DNA from: an uncultured Clostridia bacterium | GTDB taxonomy: Bacteria > Bacillota > Clostridia > Christensenellales > Borkfalkiaceae | Length of the DNA: 64,000 bases | Assembly (NCBI GenBank): GCA_944343275.1 | Contig: CALVMH010000003.1 | Span: 31,632 to 95,631 of the forward strand | Reading direction: 5' to 3' | In this document: in pieces, positions 45,294-55,310 of the stretch | Layout of the letters: the number at the start of each line of letters is the position of its first letter | Numbering within the stretch: position 1 is the first letter of the stretch | Notes under the pieces: generated by a model | The model's input: only the letters and a program-made list of their open reading frames with translations | Database searches by the model: none | Told to the model about the DNA's origin: nothing | Made by a program: the position numbers and the translations under genes

Positions 45294-46763
45294 TCAGATG
45301 GACCGCTTGCGGTAGATGACCACGCGCTGTCCTTCGCGGATGGGAAATTCCAGATCGGGATTGCTCTCCATGACCTCTTCGGGGGTCTTGTTGAGCCGTT
45401 TGGCAAGCTCCCACAGTCCGTCGCCCGCGCGCGGGACATACACGCTGACGGCGCAGTCGTTTTCGGGCACGGCGTCCCCCTCCTCGGCGGCGGACACCAG
45501 CCGCGCCGCACTCTTCAGGCGTTCGGTCAGGGTAAATTTGAGCGTCGCCTCGGCGTCGATACTGCCCTCCTCCTTCTGCCGCGCGTTCATGCCGCAGGCA
45601 ATGACGTCCACATCGGCGTTCTCCGCCTGCACGGGAACGGAAAAGGGCAGGCTCATTTCGATCCCGCGGCGGCTGCCGTCGGCGCCGCGCACGAGCAGGG
45701 TGGCGAGCGCGACCCCCTCCGCGCGCATGCCGTTTTCCCCGCGCACGAGGTTTGCCTCCGCGCGCTGCAACGTGACCGCCTGCAGCGTATCCGAAAAATC
45801 CAGCCCGGAGGAGAGCGCCGCCTTCCCCGAAACGCGCTCGGAGAATTGCAGCGTCTCGCCCGTGCCCTCGCTCCCGTTCTCGGAATAGGCAAGTTTTACG
45901 CGGTTGGTGCGGGAGAACGCATCCGTCACGCCGTCCACCGTCACCTGCTCGGAAATGACGCCCTGCGCCCGCAGAACGAGCGTTGCGCGGATGCGGCATC
46001 TGCCCTTTTCCTCGTCCGCGTCGGCGGTCAGGTTGACCTCCGGAACGCGCACCGCGACCTGCGCGCGGCAGCCCGCCTGCGCCGCCTCGGAGGGGATGTC
46101 GATGGCAAACGGGATGAGCCGTTCGAGCGAGACGAGATCGTCCCCGCGCATGGCAAGAATGCCGAGGAACACCTCCCCTTCCGCCTTCAACATGCCTGCG
46201 GAACAGCCGACGGCGGTGATGTGCACCGTTTCCGCATGCTGCAAAATGTCGCCGATGCGCTCCGCCTCGAAGTCGTCCTCCACCTCCGTGGTGCCGTCGG
46301 CGAGGTGCGCCGTATAGAAGGCGACGGGTTCGCGGCGGCAGACGAGGTCGCCGCCCGCAAGATAGTCAAAGGACTGCTCCCCGAAGACGGCGATGTCCGC
46401 GCCGAGCAGGGCGGTCACGAAGATGCTCGCCCCCTCCTTGCGCACCGACACGTTCTCCACGGCGATCTGCGCCCGCAGCGCCTGCGCGGGAACGAGGCGT
46501 TCGTCACGGGCAAGCGCGGAAAACTCCACCCCCTTTTCGGCACGGCAGACGCGCTTGTCGCCATCCTCATAGACAATGGAGACGTGCGCACGCCCGAAAT
46601 AACGCGCCTCGCCGTTGCCCGCCTCCGCCCCTGCAAGATCGGCGCTCACATGTGCCGAAAGCACCGTCTGCGCATCGGGGAAGCGGCACTCCACCGCCGT
46701 CTGCGCATTCATCCCGAACAGTTTTCCGTACCCGCGGAACGTCTCCGTCTGCGTCTTCATCAT
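45294..46763 (-). CDS. DUF3794-type (SPOCS-like) protein with C-terminal LysM domain
   Basis: C-terminal LysM (YVPRAGDGLWELAKRLNKTPEEVMESNPDLEFPIREGQRVVIY). The repeated beta-rich N-terminal body resembles the sporulation-associated DUF3794 proteins found beside veg/ispE in Clostridia. Start ATG 46763 follows GGGAGG. Confidence 0.65.
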   Translation of the reverse strand: MMKTQTETFRGYGKLFGMNAQTAVECRFPDAQTVLSAHVSADLAGAEAGNGEARYFGRAHVSIVYEDGDKRVCRAEKGVEFSALARDERLVPAQALRAQIAVENVSVRKEGASIFVTALLGADIAVFGEQSFDYLAGGDLVCRREPVAFYTAHLADGTTEVEDDFEAERIGDILQHAETVHITAVGCSAGMLKAEGEVFLGILAMRGDDLVSLERLIPFAIDIPSEAAQAGCRAQVAVRVPEVNLTADADEEKGRCRIRATLVLRAQGVISEQVTVDGVTDAFSRTNRVKLAYSENGSEGTGETLQFSERVSGKAALSSGLDFSDTLQAVTLQRAEANLVRGENGMRAEGVALATLLVRGADGSRRGIEMSLPFSVPVQAENADVDVIACGMNARQKEEGSIDAEATLKFTLTERLKSAARLVSAAEEGDAVPENDCAVSVYVPRAGDGLWELAKRLNKTPEEVMESNPDLEFPIREGQRVVIYRKRSI

Positions 46764-46953
46764 TCCGACCTCCCAAGAACTTGCAAAACGCGTTCCGCCG
46801 CCCATGCCGCCCCGCGGCGGCACAGCACGGAACATGCCCTTTGCCCTTTTCCCTCTATCCTATGCGGCGGGCAGGCGCGGTATGCGCGCAAAAAGACGTC
46901 GAAAGCGCGGGCGCGGACGTATTTTTTGCAGGGTTTTTGTCAAAAATCACGGC

Positions 46954-47205
46954 ATGATCAAGCCGAACAACGACATCGCGCGCGTCAAACGCCGCATCCG
47001 CGACTATCAATCCAAGCAAGTGGACGTCACCGTCCGCCTCGGCCGCAACAAAGTACAGCGCTTCTGCGGCACGCTGACGGGCGTCTATCCCGCCCTGTTC
47101 ACCGTCCTGCCCGACGATAAAAATTTTCTCGGCAAGACCGCCTATTCCTATTCGGAAGTGCTCTGCGGCAGCATCGACGTCCGCCTCGTCCCGCCGAAGG
47201 AATAA
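46954..47205 (+). CDS. veg: Veg-family small protein
   Basis: The 83-aa product aligns by eye with B. subtilis Veg over its length (...GVYPALFTVLPDD...AYSYSEVLCGSIDV). The RBS is weak. Confidence 0.7.
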   Translation: MIKPNNDIARVKRRIRDYQSKQVDVTVRLGRNKVQRFCGTLTGVYPALFTVLPDDKNFLGKTAYSYSEVLCGSIDVRLVPPKE

Positions 47206-47258
47206 GGAACGCTCCCGCCCTCACCCCGAAGCGGCGGCGCGCCCGTGCCGTCATACGC

Positions 47259-47285
47259 AAAAAGAGCGGCAGATGCCGCTCTTTT
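47259..47285. terminator. bidirectional intrinsic terminator between veg and the 2064-aa gene
   Basis: AAAAGAGCGGC-AGA-UGCCGCUCUUUU. Confidence 0.75.
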
Positions 47286-47393
47286 ATGCTGTGCCCGCGC
47301 CCCTTTACGCCCTCTGCATACAACAAACTGCATGCAGAGGGCAACGGTAAAGGAGGTCGGTGTGTGCGATATTATATGCCTGCCCTTCCGCGA

Positions 47394-50300
47394 TCAAGTC
47401 CTTGTGAAGGATGTGACGTTCCATGTGGCATTATCTGCCCCGACCCCAAACGTATAATCGGTTGTGCCGTTTACGCCTGTGATCGTATAGGTTTGCGTAT
47501 AAGTGTTCGCGTACTGATTTTCGCTTTGTGTCGCAACATACTTCAGTGTAATGACAATGCTTGCACTGTCCGTGTAGTCAACCGTCAATGTTGCGGTACA
47601 ATCTTGGAAAATCTTACGAACACTTGCCCAATACGCATTATCGCCTGTAAATACCTCGGACTGGTCTTGCTTCTCCACGCTTCCGGAATGAGCGCAGGAA
47701 AGGCTATTCGCCGTAAACGCATCTTCATAAACATAGTCATCGGGGCGCAACAGGCCACAATAATTCATCCCGCTCCAAACAGGGACCACAAAGCCGCGCC
47801 AATTGTTGGAATCATATCCCCCCGACGCATTTTGCGTGGGCACGGCGTTTGCCTCCAACGTACCGCTTAATACGACCGTTTCCCCTTGGGAAATTCCAAA
47901 CCGTTTTACATACTGCGTAAATCCTGAAGGATTGGAAGCCGTAAACGCACCGTCTGCGTCCCAAGCGGGATGCGTGGGAGCTGCGGGAGCTGCGGGATAG
48001 TAGGCATTTTCCAAGAGATATGCCCGATATCTTGCCGCAGCCTCGGATGCATCGAGGACATCGTTCTGAATGATCAGATCTTCCGTCGACATCTGTCCGC
48101 TGTATTGCGTGACGTTGAATGCCATGCCCTCCTTCGCCGCGCTCAGCATGATCAGATCGACAAAATCTTTGACCGTGCCTTGCACGTTCCCTTCAAACCG
48201 CATGTCTGCCGGATATGTCAGGACCTTGTTGCCGTTCATATAATACACGATCCCGTCCGCCCCCATGGTGATCGTCATATAAACGTTGGGTGTCGTTTTG
48301 ATCGTATCCCACTGAAAGCCGCTTGCAGGCTGCGCACCCGACGTCGACGGGAAGGCATTCGCAAGTTCCCGCACGCCATTGTCGTTCGTAAACCAGAACT
48401 TATCCAGCAACGCCTTTGTTGCGGGGTCGGAGTTCAGATTTACCGAATTCGCAACATTCAATTGCAGACTCGGAAGCGAAACGTTGATATTGCCCCACTT
48501 GGAACGCATGGCAACGGCGTCAAAGTCACTGTTGGCAGATTGCAGGAAGAAGGAGACCGTAATACCGCTTTGCGGATCGATCTTGCCGGAACCGAATTGC
48601 TCCGCCGCAAGTTCAACGCCGTTTGCCGCGCCGCTTTGCAGGATCGCGCCGCACGTCTCGCAGACATAGCTGCCCGCAACGTCCCCCGCCTGCCAATTAT
48701 GTGTGGGAACAACGGCAAGATTTGCATAGAAGACAACGGATTCATCCGCCGCCGCGACCGCAATCCCCTTGTAACCGACCGTCGTTTCGGTGTGCGCAAC
48801 AAATTCCGTCGCACCTTGCGATACATCGGCGATCTCGCCCTTGGTAAGCGCTGTTTCGTCGGCGACCGTCACAATGAAGTAAGCGATGCCGCCCTCTGCC
48901 GCCGCCACGCCCGTCTTGTTGAACTCAAAACCGTATGCCGACGTCAGCCCCGTATCCACCGTAACGATCGTATAGGTCTTCCCTGCAACGGTACAAACGA
49001 CGATCTCGCCGTCCGATGCGGAAACAAACTTACCTGCGCTGCCGCTGCGGAGCGTGAAAGAATAGTCCTTCCAGCCATAAGCAACATCCTCGGAAGAATC
49101 GTTTGCATTGAGGAAGAGGTTTTCGGTGGAGCCGACTGCCAACCCCTCAAAGATGAAGATGAGTTTTCCGCCGATAGCGACGACCTGTCCGCCCTCGATG
49201 TCCGCTGCATTAGCGTCCGACGATTTGTTCGCCGCGGAAATCGTCGTCGAATTGATCAGTACACCGTTCTCATCCCGCGTTTCCACTACATACGCCTTGG
49301 GCGCTTCCCGGAAGGAAGGAATTTCCAGCGTGACGGTTTTCCCCGACAATCCTTTAAATGTCACGCCGTCCACCACGAGATCGCTTTCGCCGACGGGGAC
49401 TTGGATCCCGTTGATCCAAATCGTATTGATAATGGTATCGCCACCCTGATCGCTGTATGTGATCTTGACCTCGCCGCCCTTTGTGAACGTTGCGCCGTTC
49501 GAGACATTTGTCGTCACGTCATACAGGGAAACCGCCGAAAGGTCAAACTTCACACCGAGCGTCTGCAAGGTATAGGCGTTGTCATAGAAGAAGTTCATTT
49601 CGGCAGTGCGCGTCTCGGATTTGAGCGCAATGACGACGCTGACTGCCGTTCTGTCGGCATTAAATTCGGCATAGCCGTATTCTCCCGCAAGGCGCGCCAT
49701 GGCAACGGCTTCCTCAGGCGCACACGGCGCATCAAAGTTGACCGTAAAGGCGACATAACGCGTATAGGCGGCATGCTCTTGCGCAGGAATGCCGAGCGCC
49801 GTCTTCTGCGCCGTGCCTTCTGCATCGTCTGCAAACTTGCTGCCGACCCCCGCAAGCGCGAGCTGCGCATAGCCCGTAGCAATGCCGTCGGATATGGCGG
49901 TCACGTCATCCCCGACGGATGCCGTCAGATTTTGTGTCGGAATAAAGTTTGCAGTCCCGACTACAATCGCGTCCCCGGCTGCCGCGATTCCTTCAAGATG
50001 ATTGTTGACAACGGCGCCCGTTGTCTGCCACACGTTCTTCCCGTTCGTATTCTTTCCGAAAATCATATTCGGATCGGACATGAATCGGATGTTCAGCGTA
50101 CCGCTGACGGGAAGCGCTGCGGAATAGGTGAAATAAGGAGCTTGTTTTCCGAGATCGGCGCCTTTTGCAAACAAACTGTAAGTGATCCACAGCTGTTCGT
50201 TCAGATATGCAAGGCGGATGCGAAGCTGCGGCAGCGTGCGCATGAAAGCAATATAAGCCTCTTCCGTGATCTCATTGCCGTCGGGATCGGGTTTTCCGAG

Positions 50301-53300
50301 CGGCGTGCGCAGGTCGGGATCGTTCTCCTCCCCTTCCAGCGTGTGCGCAATGAGGTTGGTCGCAACCTTGTTTGCATAATGCGCTTCGTCCGCATCCGCT
50401 GCGTCATAGCCGATAAAGCCATCCTGACGCACCCACCAGCCGCTGCCGTCCGGCAAAGAAACAACGGTGCTTACGCCATTCAGCACAAGCGGCGCATTGT
50501 CGGTATATACCTGTGAGAAGGATTCCCGCACTTCCACAAATTCATTTTCGGAAAGCGTGAAATTCTTCCACTTCTTGTCTGCACTTTCCTCATCGGCGCG
50601 CAGGATCGTCCCGCCGCAGTATTCACACGTCACGGCATGGTCGCTGTTGCCCGCAGAATGTTCCCCGCCGGCGTCGTACACGCTTGCATAGAAGACGACC
50701 TCGTCGTCTGCAACGTATTCATACGCATAGACGCCCGTTTGGATGCATGTTCCCGCTTTCAGAACATAGACATTGAGCGCATCCGTCGAGAAATCATCGA
50801 CCTGCCCGATCGTTGTCTGCTCCGCCGCAGCGGACGGACAGACAACCTTGTACATCGTTGCCGAATCCGCCTGTTTGCCGAGCTGGAAGTAATAGCTGTA
50901 CGCCGCGCTGCCCGCCTGCACGCCATAGTCACGCGTATCGACGACCCCCGCAACGAAGTATCCCGCATCGTAGTCCCGATCGTTGCCCACCGTGCCGTAC
51001 AGTGCGGCGGAAAATTCGTCGAACACGTTCTTGTCCGCGGCAACAATGGCGCCGTTTTCATACCGGAACCCGACATTGACGAACGCAGGCGCGGCGCCGT
51101 TTTCCAGCCCCGCTTCGCCGCCGTTGACGTTCAGCCAGAGGTCGGCGGCAAGATTGTCCGCCGTAAGCACTGCATCGTCGTACACGCTCGCCGTGTAGAA
51201 GTAGAGATCGGTGCCGTCTGCATAGAAATAGGTGTTGCCGATCTTCTGAACGCCGTCCCCCGTCGGCGCGCCGTAATAGAGATAGTTCACGACGGCATTG
51301 TCGGAAGCCTTATAATAGAACGGGATCCTGCCCTCCTTGGGGATGCCTGTCAGCGCGGGGATCGTGATGGTCAGCACGATGGTATGCACGCCGCCCTGTT
51401 CCTTGACGCTGTCCACGGTGTAGGCATACTCCGCGCCGCTGTCGCTCATCAGGCTGCCCTTTGCGCCCTGCTGCAACCCGCTGACCGGTTTCGCCATCCA
51501 GCCGCTGACCGTCAAATCGATCGATGCCGACGCATAGGCGGCGTCGCTCACGGTCAGGGTGACGGTGACGTCCGCACCCGTATTGACGGGAATGGATTCC
51601 CTGCCGCCTTCGATGGCGAACTGCGCCGTCATTGCGGGGACCGAGACCTGCGCAAGGTCGATGACGATCGCCTTCTCCTGTGCGCCCGTGATCGCGACCT
51701 CGGACATGCCCTCCTTGCCGACGCCGACGATGATGTCGAGAGCGTCGCCGTTATTTGTGACGAATACGACGGGCGAAGACGCGGCGGCAGCCGTCCCGAA
51801 CGTCTGTCCGTCCGCCGCCCAGATGCGCAGGGCGACATAGCCCGTGCAGCCTTCGAGCGCCGTGCCCGCCGCCGTAAAGTCCGCGGGAAGCGCCGCAGCA
51901 TTGCCCGCCGGCTGCAAGACGATTTGATCTTGCGCGTTGCCCGTGAAAGCGATGCTGCCAAAAGCGGTGCCGTCAAACGTTGCGCCGCCATTGTTAAACC
52001 GGAAGCCGTCGGCGCTGACGATGTTGTTTTTGACGATCGCCGCGATGAATTTCTCGTCGCCGACGGCGAGCGCGATCTCCTTTGTCACGCTGCCGATGGA
52101 GACGACGATCTTGAAATCGGTATCGTCCGCAAGCAGAACGTCCCCCTCTTTGAGCGTGACCCATGCTTCATCGCGTTTCACTTGCAGTGTGAAATCGTTG
52201 TGGGGCTGCTCGGCGCCGCCGAAGGAGATCATCACCTTGTCTTTCATGCTCGCAAAATCGAACGCCTCGTTCGCGGCATAGTAGCGGTCCTCCGCGTCCA
52301 GCCCCTTGAACGTGGCAGATTGCAGCTGCTCGGTCTCCGCAATGGAGACGGACGTGAAGGTCATGTTCATATAGTCGCCGTGCAGAACGGTATCGAACTG
52401 CGCGTCCGCATATTCGTCGGGGATCCTGATCCACGCGGTCAGGACGCCTGAATCGGCATGCTCATAGACAAGCTCCACGACGTTGTCCGTGCGGAACGTC
52501 CATGTAAGACGGATGCTGCTCTCGTCGTCATAGTCGCCCGTGCGCATGATGGTCCCCGTCGAATAGACCGCCCAATTTTCCCACGAGGAAGTGTCCGCGG
52601 GCATGGCACGCGGATCGTAATGTTCCCAATAGGTGGTATTTTTGAAGTCCTCTTCGTCGGCGTCCCGATGCGACCCGTAGTTGAATTCCTCCGTCGCCCC
52701 GCCGACCAAACCTGCAAGCAGGCGGTCGGGGTTGCCGATGCCGTTCATCAGAACGAAGGAGTCGTTGCGGACGATCACGGACATGCCGCCGTCATACGTA
52801 TCGCTCGGATGGACGGGCGACGTGCGCGCATCGAACTCCCGCAGCGCGATCCCGATATTCGGGAAATACCACTGCTTGTCCCGATCGGCTGTGGGGATAT
52901 CCTCCAAAGGGACATGCTGCGCCGTGCCCGTCACCGTGACGGACATGCCTTTGCGCAGACGCCCCACCGTCATGGACCCGACGGGCGTAGAGACGGTCTG
53001 CCCGCTCACGCGGGCGTCCACATTTCCGAACGCGGTGAGGGCGGTCAGGTCGCCGTTTTCCGTATCGTTGACGACGCCTGCATGGAACATACCGTAACGG
53101 ACGGCTTCGCCCTTGCCTTCTTCGAGCGCTTGCGCGCTCTCCACGGCGCCGCAGCCGCGGCAGATGCCGTTTTGAAAATCGTGCGTGATACGCACTTCGA
53201 GCGGCAGATCGACCGCGACCTTGTTCGTATTCTTGAACGTGTCGCTTGCCTTGGGCACGGCGGTCATCTGTTGGGTGCCGATCATACCCCAATCCATTCC

Positions 53301-53588
53301 CGCCATCTCATAATCGCACGCATCGCCCTTGATCCGTTCGCGCTTGCCGCTCACCGTCTCCACGTTGATCGTGAGCGCTTTGACGGCATTGCCGAACGCC
53401 TCCGTGCGCCGTGCCTCGTCCGCCGTCTCATAGTCTGTCAGCGTGATGCGGTTTTTGTCGGACAGGAACTTGGCACTGCGTACCTCATCCGACGCGCCGC
53501 CGCCCGTGTCACCGGGCGCACAGGCAAACAGACATAAAGACAGCAACATGCAAAATAAAAGCAGTAGACCGACTTTTACTTTACGCAT
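47394..53588 (-). CDS. giant (2064 aa) secreted lipoprotein, modular, LamG/lectin-like C-terminal region; function unknown
   Basis: Lipobox LCLFAC, with ATG 53588 after GGGGGGAGGA. Three H..CxxCG motifs occur at about aa 143, 988 and 1643. The segment after the third motif resembles a concanavalin/LamG fold (ITVSFFLQSANSDFDAVAM...MTITMGADGIVYYMNGNKV). The gene has its own promoter and terminator. Confidence 0.75.
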   Translation of the reverse strand: MRKVKVGLLLLFCMLLSLCLFACAPGDTGGGASDEVRSAKFLSDKNRITLTDYETADEARRTEAFGNAVKALTINVETVSGKRERIKGDACDYEMAGMDWGMIGTQQMTAVPKASDTFKNTNKVAVDLPLEVRITHDFQNGICRGCGAVESAQALEEGKGEAVRYGMFHAGVVNDTENGDLTALTAFGNVDARVSGQTVSTPVGSMTVGRLRKGMSVTVTGTAQHVPLEDIPTADRDKQWYFPNIGIALREFDARTSPVHPSDTYDGGMSVIVRNDSFVLMNGIGNPDRLLAGLVGGATEEFNYGSHRDADEEDFKNTTYWEHYDPRAMPADTSSWENWAVYSTGTIMRTGDYDDESSIRLTWTFRTDNVVELVYEHADSGVLTAWIRIPDEYADAQFDTVLHGDYMNMTFTSVSIAETEQLQSATFKGLDAEDRYYAANEAFDFASMKDKVMISFGGAEQPHNDFTLQVKRDEAWVTLKEGDVLLADDTDFKIVVSIGSVTKEIALAVGDEKFIAAIVKNNIVSADGFRFNNGGATFDGTAFGSIAFTGNAQDQIVLQPAGNAAALPADFTAAGTALEGCTGYVALRIWAADGQTFGTAAAASSPVVFVTNNGDALDIIVGVGKEGMSEVAITGAQEKAIVIDLAQVSVPAMTAQFAIEGGRESIPVNTGADVTVTLTVSDAAYASASIDLTVSGWMAKPVSGLQQGAKGSLMSDSGAEYAYTVDSVKEQGGVHTIVLTITIPALTGIPKEGRIPFYYKASDNAVVNYLYYGAPTGDGVQKIGNTYFYADGTDLYFYTASVYDDAVLTADNLAADLWLNVNGGEAGLENGAAPAFVNVGFRYENGAIVAADKNVFDEFSAALYGTVGNDRDYDAGYFVAGVVDTRDYGVQAGSAAYSYYFQLGKQADSATMYKVVCPSAAAEQTTIGQVDDFSTDALNVYVLKAGTCIQTGVYAYEYVADDEVVFYASVYDAGGEHSAGNSDHAVTCEYCGGTILRADEESADKKWKNFTLSENEFVEVRESFSQVYTDNAPLVLNGVSTVVSLPDGSGWWVRQDGFIGYDAADADEAHYANKVATNLIAHTLEGEENDPDLRTPLGKPDPDGNEITEEAYIAFMRTLPQLRIRLAYLNEQLWITYSLFAKGADLGKQAPYFTYSAALPVSGTLNIRFMSDPNMIFGKNTNGKNVWQTTGAVVNNHLEGIAAAGDAIVVGTANFIPTQNLTASVGDDVTAISDGIATGYAQLALAGVGSKFADDAEGTAQKTALGIPAQEHAAYTRYVAFTVNFDAPCAPEEAVAMARLAGEYGYAEFNADRTAVSVVIALKSETRTAEMNFFYDNAYTLQTLGVKFDLSAVSLYDVTTNVSNGATFTKGGEVKITYSDQGGDTIINTIWINGIQVPVGESDLVVDGVTFKGLSGKTVTLEIPSFREAPKAYVVETRDENGVLINSTTISAANKSSDANAADIEGGQVVAIGGKLIFIFEGLAVGSTENLFLNANDSSEDVAYGWKDYSFTLRSGSAGKFVSASDGEIVVCTVAGKTYTIVTVDTGLTSAYGFEFNKTGVAAAEGGIAYFIVTVADETALTKGEIADVSQGATEFVAHTETTVGYKGIAVAAADESVVFYANLAVVPTHNWQAGDVAGSYVCETCGAILQSGAANGVELAAEQFGSGKIDPQSGITVSFFLQSANSDFDAVAMRSKWGNINVSLPSLQLNVANSVNLNSDPATKALLDKFWFTNDNGVRELANAFPSTSGAQPASGFQWDTIKTTPNVYMTITMGADGIVYYMNGNKVLTYPADMRFEGNVQGTVKDFVDLIMLSAAKEGMAFNVTQYSGQMSTEDLIIQNDVLDASEAAARYRAYLLENAYYPAAPAAPTHPAWDADGAFTASNPSGFTQYVKRFGISQGETVVLSGTLEANAVPTQNASGGYDSNNWRGFVVPVWSGMNYCGLLRPDDYVYEDAFTANSLSCAHSGSVEKQDQSEVFTGDNAYWASVRKIFQDCTATLTVDYTDSASIVITLKYVATQSENQYANTYTQTYTITGVNGTTDYTFGVGADNATWNVTSFTRT

Positions 53589-53654
53589 AGGTCTTTCGTC
53601 CTCCCCCCAATATACAGTTTTCCGCCATCATAACAAAAGTATGATAGCATGAAG

Positions 53655-53683
53655 ATTTTACAACAAAAAAATTTGACTGTCAA
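53655..53683 (-). promoter_or_regulatory. near-consensus sigma-A promoter for the 2064-aa gene
   Basis: Minus strand: TTGACA (53683-53678), 17-nt spacer, TAAAAT (53660-53655). Confidence 0.65.
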
Positions 53684-53888
53684 TATGTTTCGGAAAAAAT
53701 CTTTCGCGCTTTTGTGAAATTTTGTAAAACGGTTCGTGAAAGCAGAGCGCCCCGTCTTTGTCGGACGGTGCCGCCTGCCGACGGATACAGCATCTGCAAT
53801 CGGCGAAAAAGCATACCCCGCAGCACGGAGCAAGGGAACACCGCCGCGCGGCGCACGAGCCGCACATCCCGCGCGGGTCTTTGTGCGC

Positions 53889-53916
53889 AAAAAAAGCGCT
53901 CCCCGAAGGGAGCGCC
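53889..53916 (-). terminator. intrinsic terminator after the 295-aa lipoprotein gene
   Basis: Minus strand: GCGCUCCC-UUCG-GGGAGCGC followed by UUUUUUUG. Confidence 0.8.
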
Positions 53917-53932
53917 CGCTTGCCGTAGTTTC

Positions 53933-54820
53933 TTATGCCGCCGAAGAGATTCCCTCCGGAACTGTGACACTCTGCCCGCCATAGGTATAGAGGTAGCCCA
54001 TGGACATCGCGCCGTCAAAGCTTGCAAAGCCCTCGACGACGCCCTCCACCCCGTCGTCCGCATAGACCGCCGCAAGGCTGCCGTCCTTGAACTTATAGAC
54101 CGGCGCCCCGTCCGTCTGTCCGGAGCCGCTGCCCGCCGACGCGTCCGCCTTCGCTTTCACATACCCCTTATGTTCGTCACTGTATTCATATTCTGCAAAT
54201 TTCTCTGCCAATGCAGATACATCCGAGAGGCGCGCATATATATAAAGGTTTCCGGCAACCGAAGAGAGCGCCGTAAAATCCGTCTTCCCCCATGCTCCGT
54301 CCCCGTCCTTCATATACGACGTGTTGTTGGAAAGATCCACATACAGCTCCGCTTTGCCGCTGCCATACAGGATGTTCACATTCTGGTCGCTGAGCACCTC
54401 CAAAAATGCCTTGACATTGTCCGAGGCATCCGCTTCAAAGTTGTAGTCCATCGTCATATACATACGGCTCTCGTCCACCGTGAGCGTGACGGTCGCCGAA
54501 CCCTCGATGGTCACGCTGGTCGCCGCAATGCTGATGATCCCGCCATCATAGCTCTCCGTTTCGATCGACGTTCTGTATTCGAGCCCGAATTCCGTTTTAA
54601 AGTTGGGCAGTTCCGCCCCGCTCTGTGCGGCGGTCAGCTGCGCAGTACCCCCCCCCTGCGACGTTGCCGTCTTCTTCACCGCAGCGTCCCATTCCGCCTC
54701 CGTGACCTTGTCCGAAACCATGTTCTTTGCCTCGGACACGCAAGACCCGCAGCCCGCCAGCGCAAACAGCATGCAGCCCGAAAGCGCAACGGCGCCTGCC
54801 GCCAAAAAAGTTCTCTTCAT
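53933..54820 (-). CDS. hypothetical lipoprotein
   Basis: Signal peptide with lipobox FALAGC. Start ATG 54820 follows GGAGG. Monocistronic, with its own promoter and terminator. I recognise no family. Confidence 0.65.
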   Translation of the reverse strand: MKRTFLAAGAVALSGCMLFALAGCGSCVSEAKNMVSDKVTEAEWDAAVKKTATSQGGGTAQLTAAQSGAELPNFKTEFGLEYRTSIETESYDGGIISIAATSVTIEGSATVTLTVDESRMYMTMDYNFEADASDNVKAFLEVLSDQNVNILYGSGKAELYVDLSNNTSYMKDGDGAWGKTDFTALSSVAGNLYIYARLSDVSALAEKFAEYEYSDEHKGYVKAKADASAGSGSGQTDGAPVYKFKDGSLAAVYADDGVEGVVEGFASFDGAMSMGYLYTYGGQSVTVPEGISSAA

Positions 54821-54852
54821 AGTTTCCTCCTTCCGGAACGTTTTGCGATACT

Positions 54853-54881
54853 ATCATACCCTATCCGGGGTCTGTTGTCAA
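54853..54881 (-). promoter_or_regulatory. sigma-A-type promoter for the 295-aa lipoprotein gene
   Basis: Minus strand: TTGACA (54881-54876), 17-nt spacer, TATGAT (54858-54853). Confidence 0.6.
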
Positions 54882-55030
54882 GAGGTTAAGAAAAAATATT
54901 TCACGCGGCAAGGACAAGGGCGCAGGACCCGCCGAAGCGGCTGCCGACAAAAACCGTCAAAAACCGACAGATTTTTTGCCGCCCGATCTGATATGATACT
55001 TGCGTCCGGACCGCTCCGGAGCAAACTGCC

Positions 55031-55258
55031 ATGAAACACGCTTTTTTACAAGAACAAGAGACGGTGCGCCTTCTGATCGGCACCATTCACGACGCATTGC
55101 AGGAAATTTTTGCAGTTAAGGCTGCCTCGCCCGCGCGGGAATTTTTGCGCGGCGAGATCTACGCCTATGTGGAATGTCTGGAAATTTTGCAGCTCTGCCC
55201 GCGCTTTTGCGCCCTCGGCATCGATTACGAGGTCGAAAAGCGCTTCCCCCTGCCCTGA
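55031..55258 (+). CDS. small hypothetical protein (75 aa)
   Basis: ATG 55031 lies 9 nt after GGAG, with an extended -10-like TGaTATGAT upstream. The composition is helical and protein-like. I recognise no family. Confidence 0.45.
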   Translation: MKHAFLQEQETVRLLIGTIHDALQEIFAVKAASPAREFLRGEIYAYVECLEILQLCPRFCALGIDYEVEKRFPLP

Positions 55259-55263
55259 CGCAT

Positions 55264-55298
55264 CAAAAAAACGCTCCCCGCAAGAGCGCGGGGAGCGT
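55264..55298 (-). terminator. intrinsic terminator after the PPIase-like gene
   Basis: Minus strand: ACGCUCCCCGC-(6 nt)-GCGGGGAGCGU followed by UUUUUU. Confidence 0.75.
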
Positions 55299-55310
55299 CA
55301 ACACCGTTTC

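Noticed and set aside
46764-46953. A promoter and RBS for veg in the divergent region upstream of 46954.
   Set aside because: I could not find a convincing -35/-10 pair or Shine-Dalgarno sequence by eye (only TTTTGCA / TTTGTCA fragments). The CDS call rests on similarity to Veg alone, so no regulatory feature is reported.
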